A stretch of DNA of 64,000 nt from Octopus sinensis (taxonomy: Eukaryota), in NCBI RefSeq assembly GCF_006345805.1, contig NC_043000.1, positions 133,858,001-133,922,000 of the forward strand, given 5' to 3'. Below are positions 1 through 13,300 of the stretch, piece after piece. Every line of letters starts with the position of its first letter. The first letter of the stretch is position 1. Below the pieces are notes generated by a model. That model had not been told where the DNA came from. It searched no databases and worked only from the letters and a program-made list of their open reading frames with translations. Made by a program: the position numbers and the translations under genes.

Positions 1-389
1 TCCCTTTTTGTATCACCTAGTTGTTCGGATGTTTTGCGTTCTTGTCCCATTTTGTATTTTATATATCATCATCATCGTTTAACGTCCGCTTTCCATGCTA
101 GCATGGGTTGGACAGTTCAACTGGGGTCTGGGAAGCCAGACGGCTACACCAGGCCCAGTCTGATCTGGCAGTGTTTCTACAACTGGATGCCCTTCCTAAC
201 GCCAACCACTCCTTGAGTGTAGTGGGTGCTGGTGCCCCAGCATGGCCACAGCTCATGAGCTGAAACTAGATTAAAATGAATAAAAATGAAATATATTTAT
301 ATATATAGCGGCGTACGTACACATTATTCTTATATATATATATATATATATATGAAAAAAAGTCAAGATATATATATATATATATATAT

Positions 390-908
390 GTAGGTCCCGG
401 GTTGAATCGGGGTTAACCACAGTAAATAAGGTACTCAATACATAGCAGAGTAAATTAATTTATTTTATAGAAGGAGCTTCTACAGGACTAGAACTGTTTC
501 ATTCAAAAGAAATCATCAGGAAGCTAGGTGACAAGAGTAGTTTTGGCATTTATACATTTAGGCAGGTTTAAAGGGGTGGTGGTGGGGGACTCTTTTGGGG
601 TAGGCATGGCGCAAACTATCATTCTTAGGGGAGTGGTCAAAGGAATCGGTGGTAAAGTAGATAAAAGAATAAAACTCTATTTTTCTATTTATTCTTTTAT
701 TTATTCTTTTATCTACTTTACCACCGATTCCTTTGACCACTCCCCTAAGAATGATAGTTTGCGCCATGCCTACCCCAAAAAAGTCCCCCACCACCACCCC
801 TTTAAACCTGCCTAAGTGTATAAATGCCAAAACTACTCTTGTCACCTAGCTTCCTGAGGATTTCTTTTGAATGAAACAGTTCTAGTCCTGTAGAAGCTCC
901 TTCTATAA

Positions 909-913
<5 letters not shown>
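390..913. mobile_element. Penelope-like terminal-repeat remnant arranged as a long inverted repeat (214-bp arms 460-673 and 700-913, 26-bp spacer), embedded in (TA)n
   Basis: Arms are direct reverse complements with 3 mismatches by eye; mirrored ORFs 528-815(+) and 558-845(-). Penelope assignment is from resemblance of the terminal sequence (GAAACAGTTCTAGTCC...AATAAATTAATTTACTCTGCTATGTATTGAGTACC) and the known inverted-pLTR habit of PLEs, not from a search. Confidence 0.6.
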
Positions 914-945
<32 letters not shown>

Positions 946-1311
946 AGACTGTCTTGTATTCAATGCATGAAGACCAAAAAATTTTGCTTTTTTTTTTTAC
1001 TTCACAATTTAATGCTTGTGTCTTCTGTTAGGCACTAGATCTTTGTTTTTGCAAACCAGGCAGCATCCATCACACGCAAAACATTAAAAGGGATCTGGAT
1101 TCTCTTAACCTTGCCTTAGATCCCATAGCTGCTCAATCCTTGAGTTTGTATGACTTCTGATGATGTTTATACAGACTTCCCTTCACCTGTTATGATCAGC
1201 AGATTAAGGTCATCAAATTCTGATCCCTTTATCCTAGTATGCTTGATATCATTCTTCATCTTATCATTGTATCTAAGAAGAAATCTTCTTACATTTTGCA
1301 CTCTTGCACTG

Positions 1312-1835
1312 GTGTGTGTGTGTGAATGTGTGTGTGAAAATGTGTAGGTGTGTGAATGTGTGTGATTGTGTGTAAGTGAGTGAGTGTGTGTAAGTGAGCG
1401 AGTGTGTGTGTGTAAGTGAGCGAGTGTGTGTAAGTGAGCATGTGTGTGTGTGTGTGTAAGTGAGCGAGTGTGTGTGTGTGTGTGTGTGTAAGTGAGCGTG
1501 TGTGTGTGTGTCTGTGTGTGTAAGTGAGCGAGTGTGTGTGTAAGTGAGCGTGTGTGTGTGTGTAAGTGAGCGTGTGTGTGTGTGTAAGTGAGCGAGTGTG
1601 TGTGTGTAAGTGAGCGAGTGTGTGTGTGTGTAAGTGAGCGAGTGTGTGTGTGTAAGTGAGCGAGTGTGTGTGTGTAAGTGAGCGAGTGTGTGTGTGTAAG
1701 TGAGTGAGTGTGTGTGTGTGTGTGTGTGTAAGTGAGCGAGTGTGTGTGTGTAAGTGAGAGAGTGTGTATGTGCATAAGTGTGAGAGTGTGTATGTACATA
1801 AGTGTGGGAGTGTGTATGTGCATAAGTGGATGTGT
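1312..1835. repeat. Compound (GT)n minisatellite with ~17 GTAAGTGAG(CGA) units
   Basis: Directly visible; produces the His/Thr-rich pseudo-ORFs in all three minus frames. Confidence 0.95.
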
Positions 1836-1841
1836 GTGTGT

Positions 1842-3535
1842 GCTGAATAGTTTTCACATTCCAAAGAAAATTTTGCAGTCTAGTCGAATCAGTCTTGCTC
1901 AGCAGACCTATGATACAAAAGCATTCCAGCCATGACTGTCTTGTTTCTTTATCTAGATACAGTGAATATAAAGGACAACATTATTTGTATCTTTTCCTAT
2001 TTTTTCACAATGTTAGGAAGTGGTTTGCCTGAGATTTAACTAATGCCTGCAAATAAGTGACTGCATACAGGTTTCCTTTGTTTGTGGTTATGCAGGTTGT
2101 TGCTCTTTTACCACAGGTTAACCATAAACCAGAAGACTTGTGATCAGAAGGTGTTAAAGTCATGATTATGGTGTAAAGTATCAAGAACTGTCCTGGACAC
2201 ATGCAAACATCTTCCATTTTTAAGAGAGAAGAATATGATTTGAGGGACATTTTTCAGGGTTTTTTTAGGCAGATAAGGCAATGTCATGAAGGCCTCTATT
2301 TTGTTCAAATGGTTACATTCTTGTGATTGTGCTGTCAGTAACTAATATTGGATGAATATCAGTTATTGTGAGAGAAGTTGTTTAGATCTAACAGCTTTTG
2401 TGACTAAATTCAGAACAAATTGATGCTGCTTTCATATATAGACTTAAGCTTTTAAAATTTTCTTTTTAAAGCAACAGAAAGGAAAATATTGATATTCATG
2501 CCTTTCTTTAAAACCTTAAAAATTACAAGAAAAAAAATGAGTGGAATGGCTACATTTAAGAATAAGCTAAGCTAGGGACATGGTCCTGAATATTTTTCAT
2601 CAATATCCCTTGCTGGGAGAAACACCATCTATTAAACAATATATGTATGTGTGTGTGTATATATATATGTGTGTATGTGTGTGTGTGTGCTGAATAGTTT
2701 TCACATTCCAAAGAAAATTTTGCAGTCTAGTCGAATCAGTCTTGCTCAGCAGACCTATGATACAAAAGCATTCCAGCCATGACTGTCTTGTTTCTTTATC
2801 TAGATACAGTGAATATAAAGGACAACATTATTTGTATCTTTTCCTATTTTTTCACAATGTTAGGAAGTGGTTTGCCTGAGATTTAACTAATGCCTGCAAA
2901 TAAGTGACTGCATACAGGTTTCCTTTGTTTGTGGTTATGCAGGTTGTTGCTCTTTTACCACAGGTTAACCATAAACCAGAAGACTTGTGATCAGAAGGTG
3001 TTAAAGTCATGATTATGGTGTAAAGTATCAAGAACTGTCCTGGACACATGCAAACATCTTCCATTTTTAAGAGAGAAGAATATGATTTGAGGGACATTTT
3101 TCAGGGTTTTTTTAGGCAGATAAGGCAATGTCATGAAGGCCTCTATTTTGTTCAAATGGTTACATTCTTGTGATTGTGCTGTCAGTAACTAATATTGGAT
3201 GAATATCAGTTATTGTGAGAGAAGTTGTTTAGATCTAACAGCTTTTGTGACTAAATTCAGAACAAATTGATGCTGCTTTCATATATAGACTTAAGCTTTT
3301 AAAATTTTCTTTTTAAAGCAACAGAAAGGAAAATATTGATATTCATGCCTTTCTTTAAAACCTTAAAAATTACAAGAAAAAAAATGAGTGGAATGGCTAC
3401 ATTTAAGAATAAGCTAAGCTAGGGACATGGTCCTGAATATTTTTCATCAATATCCCTTGCTGGGAGAAACACCATCTATTAAACAATATATGTATGTGTG
3501 TGTGTATATATATATGTGTGTATGTGTGTGTGTGT
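1842..3535. repeat. Tandem direct duplication, 847-bp unit (1842-2688 / 2689-3535)
   Basis: GCTGAATAGTTTTCAC at 1842 and 2689; identical ORFs 2005-2250 and 2852-3097 offset by 847; junctions lie in (GT)n. Confidence 0.95.
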
Positions 3536-4610
3536 ATGAAGATATACTCATGGATGTGTATGTGTGTCTGTGAGTGTGTGCCCGTGCTAGTAGGGTGCTA
3601 AGAGCACCACCCGAGATCAAGATTGGAACAGCCATCTGGTTTGCCAGCCCTCAGTCAAATCGTCCAACGCATGCTAGCAGGGAAAGCGGATGTTAAACGA
3701 TGATTATGATGCATATATAAAAAAATAAGGCAAGAAAAAAAAATCAAGGGAAAAATATAAAATATAACAGACATTAGCTATTAAATCTACAATCTTCAGT
3801 GGCTATGTTGTCATAACACCTATCAGTCAATGTGGAAAAATAGAACAAGTCACAATCTGAAAGTTCTTTTGGGTTTTGAAAGCAGCAAAGTCTCTTAACA
3901 ATTAGATTTATGTATATCAAAACACCTCCACAAAAGCTAAGTCTGAACCAGGGCAGGAGGTATGTACGTGTCAGTGACAGGAGGTGTGCATGTGTATAGA
4001 CACTAACACAAAAGAAAAAGTATCTTTATGCTAATAACCAGCTTTATGGAGGTGCCGTTGCTAAGTGAATGTATTTCCAATTCTATGGAACTCTGTACAC
4101 CAATTCAAAAGTTTTAAATAGTTACCCAAAGATATTTGTCATGTCAAACAACCCACTTTTCAAATTCAAACAAAAATTTGCTCTTCCACCTACACAAATT
4201 CCACACATATACACCACCTATGTTATCTAAAGGGACCGGACATTTTCTAAAATTCAACATTTATTATGTCAAGTATTTATATTTTCTTTTCACATGAATG
4301 ACACAAACACATAAATTCTCACACATATAAATGTATATAATATATACATATATATATTGTATACATGGATATAAAACCACATTCTCAAAGCATCACATCT
4401 GAATAATAAAGCAGGTAGCCAATAAAATCCAGAAAAATGCTAGAGAAAGTTACAAATAAATATGAAAGAAACAGAGGAAGGGAAGGTTAGTAAGTAAGAG
4501 TTAACAAATTGACCAGCTTACACCATCTACAAAATATTTAGGTTTACTTATACACACACACACACATATGAAAGAGACAAACAGAAATATCATTAAAGAT
4601 ACGTTCTTAC

Positions 4611-4657
4611 ATCTACAGAGAGTAGTCCTTTTATCATGTCAATCAAAATATTTGAAG
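4611..4657 (-). CDS. Candidate exon (47 nt, SNILIDMIKGLLSVD)
   Basis: ctccttgaag| ... |gtaaga, one open frame; phase link to neighbours not established. Confidence 0.3.
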
Positions 4658-7645
4658 CTTCAAGGAGATTATATATATAAACCATTAGTCCAATTCTTTA
4701 ATTACTCTTGTTTTGACACCTTAGGCAAATGTCTTTCACCATAAACTTTGGCCAACCAAAGCCTAGTGAGTGAAAATTAGGTAAACAGAAACTGAGTGGA
4801 AGCCAGCCAGAGGAAATGTTCTGATTCTAGTGAGGCAGACTTAATCTATATTCTAGGTTAACACTACCATCTGACTTCTAGGGCCATTTAATGGAGTCCG
4901 CTCTTTTGCAAGCATTGAGGCAGCTATGCCTCCAGTCTTAGGACAATTTCCCTTTCTTTCACCAGTTGCAGAGACCATGGAAATTGTAATAGGTGCTATG
5001 TTTTTTCCACTGACGCCTGACCCATTAAAACTTCAGAAAAAAAGCAAAAAACGACAACACCCTATATTCATCAAAAGAGGATTCCCTGCAGGACATGTTA
5101 AGGTTATATTTCTGTTTTGTAATAATGAAAAGATCTTTGGAAAAAAATCATCTGTTAGCATCTGTTCAAGTACTTGCATTCAGTGTATTTTGTCTCACAA
5201 AAAGAATAATTTCTGATTATTAATTCATATCAGTGAAATATATTAACAAACCCATTGACACTATTTGATATGCATGTAGAGCCACTGTCAATCTACAGGA
5301 AACAAAAGGTTGTTGGAAAAAGAAAACCTCTACCCTTGAAAACATATTAGATATCTTGAAATTCTATTTGATGATGGCCTGACCTGGAAAATGTATGCAA
5401 CCATCTAGGATTTAAAGTGCAAATTGTGACTGTAAAAATATTAGGAATTACATGTGTAAAAAGCCTGTACTATTTTGCTAATATATGCTCCGCATCAGCT
5501 AAATGTGAGAGTAAAACAAGTACCCTTGTTTCCTTATCATTGAACAAAAGATTTAAAAGATTTTTGATACATTGACAGTACTTATTTTCCACACAGTTCC
5601 TCATCTTTCCACTACCATAACAGTTAAGGTTAAATAACCTAACCTGAATTCTTTCATTCAGCACAGAACCATGAAAGTCCTGGTCAATTCAAAATCCTAC
5701 TGCTACAACATTGTTATAATGATTTTCCTGTTTTTGTTAGGGATTCCCCCCCTATTGTTTTCTTAATTCACCATAACAATTAAACAACCAGACAGCTTTC
5801 AATAGCTTCAAAATAAAAAAAATAAAATCAAAATAATTCAAATAATAGAAATGAACGCTATCATTCATTCTTCTATTAAAAGTGTGCACACATGCGCACA
5901 CACACACACAACTGTGACAGTATGCACTGTAGCTGTTGTGCCTTGTTCCAGTTATACACAACACAGTTGAATTAATGTTTCTTTGCATGTTATGTCTACA
6001 AACAGCAAGTTTTAAACTGAGAGGATAGCCTAAAAATAAAAAATCTTTATTTTTTCTGGTTCAGTCATGTTTGCATAAAGTCACAAAAAAATAATAGAGC
6101 CCAATCAAAATTATATTAATTTAAAGGAGGGGAAAACACTAAACCTACATTCTAGCAAAAAAAAAAAAAAAATGTGGTCATTTGTACAGTATGTCAACAA
6201 ACCAACAAATACGTTTAGAACTAAATGCAGCTGTTACTAAATATTCAAAAATGATTGATTGTTGCTAATTTCAAGAAGTAGCATGGGAAATGTTAGAAGC
6301 TAATAATGGCATATTGGCCTAGTTTATCACATTGATTAGCTGGAATTTAGGTTTCATCAACATAAATGTCCCCAAAGATGATAAAAGAAAAAGGTTAAAA
6401 TAAAAAGGGATAAATGAAGATATTTTATTAGAAGTTATTGCAAATATCTATACTGGATTAAGTATCCAAATTCACCAGATACAGATTCATACACATTTTT
6501 CCCACTATGTTACACCTTGGGCAAGTGTCTTCTGCTATAACCTTGGGTCAAGCAAAGCCTTGTGAGTGAATTTAGTAGATGGAAACTGAAAGATGTCTTT
6601 ATATATGTATGTATGTATATATATATATATATATATATACATATGTATATATATATGAATGAATATCTGAACGTGATCAATGATAGGAACGTGATCAATG
6701 CCAGGGCCGCCCGACTGGCTCCCATGCTGGTGGCACATAAAAAGCCCTATCCAAACGTGATCGATGCCAGGGCTACCTGTTTGGCTCCTGTGCTGGTGAC
6801 ACTTAAAAAGAGCATAGGATTGGTTTCCCATTTTCTCTGGTGTATGTATATATATTCCCCTATCCCACCCCACCCTGGATGGGGTGCCAGTCTATCACAG
6901 GATTACTCGTTTTTACCAGCTGAGTGGACTGGAGCAGCATGAAATGAAGTGTTTTGTTCAAGAACACAACATGTTGCCCATTCCAGGAATCAAAACCACA
7001 ATCTCCTGATGACAACTGCAACGCGCTAATCCCTAACCATTAAGCCATGCACCTCCATACACACTTTATATCCTTCTCCGAAAATATTGATTCAAGCAGA
7101 GCAACTAAAAAAGATATTGTTTGAAGTCTCCAAAGATTTTAATAAAGTCAGCCATATAAAAATGTTTGAAACTAGAAAGTTATATTTCAAGGAAAACATT
7201 TGGAATGAATGACAAATTTTGTAACTTAAGAAATTGTCTTGAGCCTTTGCTTTTCATGACTCATTTGAATTCATGAATTTTGACTCATAAATTGTTTAAA
7301 AAAAGTCTTGGTGAATAAAATTCAATCAAGTAAATTTTAAATGTTGGCAATAACATGTAAGATAAAAAATTAACCATATCGAATATGTTCAAGAATTAAA
7401 ATATTTAGTTATTCGCTACGTGAAATTAAACTGTATCACAGTGCTATATTTTACCACTAGAAGTTGTGTATTTTCACAGTTGATTCTTGGTATAATAGTA
7501 TCTGGCAAAGCAAAATATGCTTCATTTTGTTTCAATAAAGTTATGCGAAACTTCATCTAACATGAGGAGGACATTAAAAATTCTGCTTAAAATTGTCTTT
7601 CTTTATTTCTTTACTGCTATTATTAGCATATGTGCCAGAATGTTT

Positions 7646-7692
<47 letters not shown>

Positions 7693-9285
7693 GAGAGAGA
7701 TGAAGACATGACTGTATGATTACATGCACGTAAGTTGATTTGCATAGTACCTAAAGGAAATATCTTCTTCAGGTTGAGCAATAATTTGTACATGAAATTT
7801 GGTAGATGGAAACTGTATGGAAATCCATCTTGCAAGTGTGTGTGTCCTGGCAAGTCGTGTCCTGTCTTGCCTTCGAAACACGCTAGAGTCGAACTAGTGA
7901 CAGCTGATGATAGGGGATTTTCCTTGTGTAGTATGTCCTGTACTCTGTTTTTCTGTTGTAAAAAAATTGGTTTTTCCTTTTTCGTTGAGTTCTATGTCTA
8001 GTTGTGGTGTCCTGTACTCACGTATATATATTTATATATGCATGTATATATACATGTAGATGTAGGTACGTACATATATGTTTGTATGTATATATTTTAT
8101 CTATTACACTATTGTTTGACAGCGCCTTCGTGTCGGGTTCGTTTCGATTTGTTCGCTTCGTTCCGTTCTTCATTCTCCCAGTACTGTTTTTTATATATAT
8201 ATATATATATAGACATAAATGTATGCCTGCACCGATTCATGTCATGCATGAATGCATGTTTATGAATGTGTGTGTCTTCACATTTACATTATTTGGGCAG
8301 CAGTGACATTTTTTTATAACCAGCTTAACTCTTAAAGTCATATAGTACTTTCTGCATATAAATCTCCCGATCCTGTTAGAAACTAGAGACTGATGAAATG
8401 TAGTTCAGTATAAATCTTTTTTTAAATATAGCCATTGTACAAAAATTGAATGAAATTTGCTGATACAATATGATGAGCATTTGTGCACATTGTATACCTG
8501 TTGTCATGTCACTTTCACCTGCAAAAGTAGGTTGAATACATTAAGTTAATTACATGTATTTTCAAATATATTTATAAGGTATCAATTTCTTGTGTCAGAG
8601 TGGAATTTGAGTACCAGTTAGCCTCTGCAACTTAGAAGTTACTTAATTCTCTTTAGAGAAAAAGTTCCAAAATATGCCTCCATCTCCAGCATTCAAAGAC
8701 TTTGAGGGCTCAACAAATGGATGTTATGTACTCTTGTTACAATATTTATGCTCTTCTCACAAATCCACAAAATATGTAAAGATCCTTCATTTAAATTGTA
8801 TCAGAAAACTAATATTTATTCTTTAATTTTTACCATTATTCACAAATAAAAGCATCAACACAATATCAAGTATAGGATAACTCAGTTAATGCTGACATCA
8901 GTTAGATAAGCTGGTGTTTATAGATGACATTGAAATATCACTAATTATTTTATCCAAGTCTGAGCTATCTTTCTGTAATTAAATCATTAATTAATATCAC
9001 TGATGTCTAATTCACTGCCTGAAATATTAACACTTTCCAAAAATGAAAAGAAAAAAATCCAGATAAATAAACTCACTTGATAATATGCGAAAAAAAAAAA
9101 AATAAAAAAGAAAGAAACACGATGCAAACAAGAAGTCTTTTGACAGAGATGATTATGATGATTGTGAACTAATACCACCATTCTCTTAATGCATCCACTA
9201 AGAAATTAAATGCTTCTGTTTATGATGAGTATCTTTGTTTGCTTACATGTTCATTGGTATATAACAAGCTAAACAACTTATCTTT

Positions 9286-9334
<49 letters not shown>

Positions 9335-10317
9335 TCCTTCTTTCCTGAGCGTCCAATAATACTATATTTGTTCCACGTCCTTGCATTGTTGTGTTTTTTT
9401 GTGCTTTCTTGTTTGGATTAACTTTATACATATATATATATATTATATATATATCTCACACACAAAATTTGTTGAAATAATTTGAAAATAAAACTTCAAA
9501 ATATGTACTGCTGTACTGAAATGTTGAAATGTGTTCATAAGCCTAGAATCCTATCATGTGTGTAGAAAAGAGTGAGGGCATGCATGCGTATGTGTATATA
9601 TGTGTTTCAAAGAATGGATATACACATACACAATGAGATTCTATACAGTTTCTCTCTATCGAAGTTCACCGAATTATAATCGTGCCTTTTCCAAAACTGT
9701 TTTTAACTGAAAGTTCTTGTAGCCTACTTTGCTGGCGACAAAAAAAAAAAATTATTTTAATTAAATTTTAGTTGATGAAAGTGATATTGAGAAATTTTTG
9801 CAACACCCACACACAAGTGAGAAAGAGAAAAAAATGAGTTTTAAATATTTTAAAACTATACTTCTCCCCCATGTATGATTGTATATGTGTGTGTGATAAA
9901 AATTTCAAGTTGGTTTCCATGTACATTATGACAGATGTAGTTTTTATTTGCTACATACTAAAGGAGAATAAACAATTTGTGGGTTCGATGAAAAGCCATA
10001 GCAACACCAAAGCATTAGGAAAAGATGTTTAGTTAAATTTAAGAACAGTGGACTGATAAAGGAAATCAGTTACCCTACACACAAATACACAATACAAACG
10101 TGAGAGTATACTCTTTTACTTGTTTCAGTCATTTGACTGTGGTCATGCTGGAGCACTGCCTTTAGTCGAGCAAATTGACCCTAGGGCTTATTCTTTGTAA
10201 GCCTAGTACTTATTCTATTGGTCTCTTTTGCTGAACCACTAAGTTATGGGGACGTAAACACACCAGCATCGGTTGTCAAGCGATGCTGGAGAGACAAAAA
10301 CAGACACACAAACATAT

Positions 10318-10367
<50 letters not shown>

Positions 10368-13300
10368 GACGGGCTTCTTTCAGTTTCCGTCTACCAAATC
10401 CACTCAAGGCTTTGGTCGGCCCGAAGCTATAACAGAAGACACGTTCCCAAGGTGCCATGCAGTGGGACTGAACTCAGAACCACGTGGTTGGGAAGTAAGC
10501 TACTTACCACACAGCCACTCCTACACCTATTATAGAGAACAATTCAATACTTGAAAGTACAAATGAATACAACAACAATCATTATTATCACATAACTACT
10601 AATTTGAAGGATTTAACTAGTTCTTTAGTTTTAGTTAATCAGGAGTAGTTAACTAGACACAGTATCTTCAGTGTACAAATGAAATTCAAATAAACATAAT
10701 GGTAAGAGAATTAAATGGAGCAGAATATACCGCAAGCATTCCAAAAGAGATATAACATGTAAATCAAGAATTTTAGAATGAAATAACTGGGAACACTTCC
10801 AAGAATACTATGCTGTAGATTTATCAAATAGGCACAAGCTCTCACACTTTGGAACCTTGATTATATTCTCTTTTTACTCCTTTACTTGTTCCAGTCATTT
10901 GACTGGCCATGCTGGAGCGCTGCCTTTAGTCGAGCAAATCGACCCCAGGACTTAGTCTTTGTAAGCTTAGTACTTATTCTATCGGTCTCTTTTGCCAAAC
11001 CGCTAAGTTACAGGGATGTAAACACACCAGCATCGGTTGTCATATGATTTTGGAGGTACAAACACTGACACACAAACATATACACACACATACATTATAT
11101 ATATATATGTGGAGGCACAATGGCCCAGTGGTTAGGGCAGCGGACTCGCGGTCATAAGATCGCGGTTTCGATTCCCAGACCAGGCGTTGTGAGTGTTTAT
11201 TGAGCGAAAACACCTAAAAGCTCCACGAGGCTCCGGCAGGGGATGGTGGTGATCCCTGCTGTACTCTTTCACCACAACTTTCTCTCACTCTTACTTCCTG
11301 TTTCTGTTGTACCAGTATTTCAAGTGGCCGGCCTTGTCACTCTCTGATTATCCCCGAGAACTACATTAAGGGTGCACGTGTCTGTGGAGTGCTCAGCCAC
11401 TTACACGTTAATTTCACGAGCAGGCTGCTCCGTTGATTCGGATCAACCGGAACTCTCATCGTCGTAACCGACGGAGTGCTAAGAAGAGTGCTAAGAATAT
11501 ATATATATACACATATGTACGACAGGCTTCTTTCAGTTTCCATCTACCAAATCCACTCACAAGGCTTTGGTCGGCCCGAGGCTATAGTAGAAGACACTTG
11601 CCCAAGGTGCCACGGAACTATGTGGTTGGTGAGCAAGCTACTTACCACACAGCCACTTCTATTCCTAAAAAAAAAAAGCAGTTATTTCACTTATTGGCTT
11701 AATAAGGTGTGCATTACATGTTGCAACCTCCTTTCATGAAGGAACACATATACACATGATTCTTTAATTCTTTTAATGGTTTCAGAATTTTTAAAACCCT
11801 TGTTTTCAAGGGTTTTAATCAATTATAATAACCTCAATAATTTTTCAGTACTTATTTTTTCTTTTTCCATTTATTTACTGAGTAGTTAAATCTATCTTGG
11901 CTAAAGAGAATTTAACTCACGTAGAAGAAATACAATCAATGCAATGATTTATTGACAATCCACCCCCACATATACACAAATAAATATATACAAATATGTG
12001 TGGGTTATATGTAAGCGCACTAGGCAATGGAAACCAAAACAAAAAAAGTAAACAAAGATACCAAGCAAGAAAAACAAAACATCCAGAAAAACAGCACATG
12101 CAATCAACTAGATACAACAGGGACACAGGTTATTCATCAAAATCTCTTTTAGCCCCAGCAAGAGCCCTGATGCAGCAACTAAGCAAAAGCATAACAGGAT
12201 CAGGTGACCCCCAAACATACCACCCACCACTGCAATACCCAATGTGTCCTTGGCATTGTAGAACTGCTGGTTGTTTCTTCTCCCATTATTGGCACCCATG
12301 GCACAGGAGACCAGAGAATAAAGACAGCTAAAAGACAATATATCTTATTTCTCTATTGCCCACAAGGGGCTAAACATAGAGGGGACAAACAAGAACAGAC
12401 AAAGAGATTAAGTAGATTACATCAACCCCAGTGCATAATTGGTACTTAATTTATCGACCCCGAAAGGATGAAAGGCAAAGTCGACCTCAGCAGAATTTGA
12501 ACTCAGAAGGTAAAGACAGACGAAATACTGCTAAGCATTTCGTCTGGAATGCTAACGTTTCTGCCAGCTCACCACAAGACCACAGTTCTTCTATGTGGGA
12601 CATTAACTAAATTTTTCTCATGTAGAATTGTATCCAATGCCCTCATATACCTCAGTATACTCAGCCATTTTGAGCTGCTCTGTGATTACCTTCATCAATT
12701 GTAATGGGTAGGGGTTATATGCTGAATTAACTTAGCCATCCTAGCAATGACTGACCACTAGAAATGACTTTTTTTCTTTGGGCCCCTATAAGTTTTTATC
12801 AAAGTTCTCCAGCTCTTATTCAATTCTGAACATGAAGAACCCAGCCATGAAAGATACCCTACAATCAGTGGTAAAGTTTCACTAAGCAGAAAGATAATAT
12901 CCTGCAATGGTGCTGTGAGACATGCATAGGAAGACCAAGTAGATTGGTCTGGTCATTGCTCACCGTTGTAACTGACCCCAGTTTTGAATATATGTCAAGA
13001 CTCAAACTTCTTGGCAGACATTTTGTTGTAATGATTTGGGCGCCACACACATCACACACACACACACACACCTACCTGCAACAAGGAAATACTGTGCTTT
13101 CCTGGTTTGTGAGGGGACACAAGCAATATAGTATAGACAGGAATGATTGCAATTTACTGAGTGTGTGCATGCATGTGTGTGAGTGTGTGTGCGTGTGTGT
13201 GTGTACGTGTGCATGTATGTGCACACAAGCATGTGCACATATGATGGGCTTCTGGAGAATTCCTGTTTGCCATATTCTGCTTACAAAACATGCTTACCCA

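Noticed and set aside
528-845. Two mirror-image 95-aa ORFs
   Set aside because: Consequence of the inverted repeat; no recognisable protein.
1167-1864. Three overlapping 190-218 aa His/Thr-rich ORFs
   Set aside because: Translation of a CA-rich minisatellite lacking stops in all three frames; not evidence of coding.
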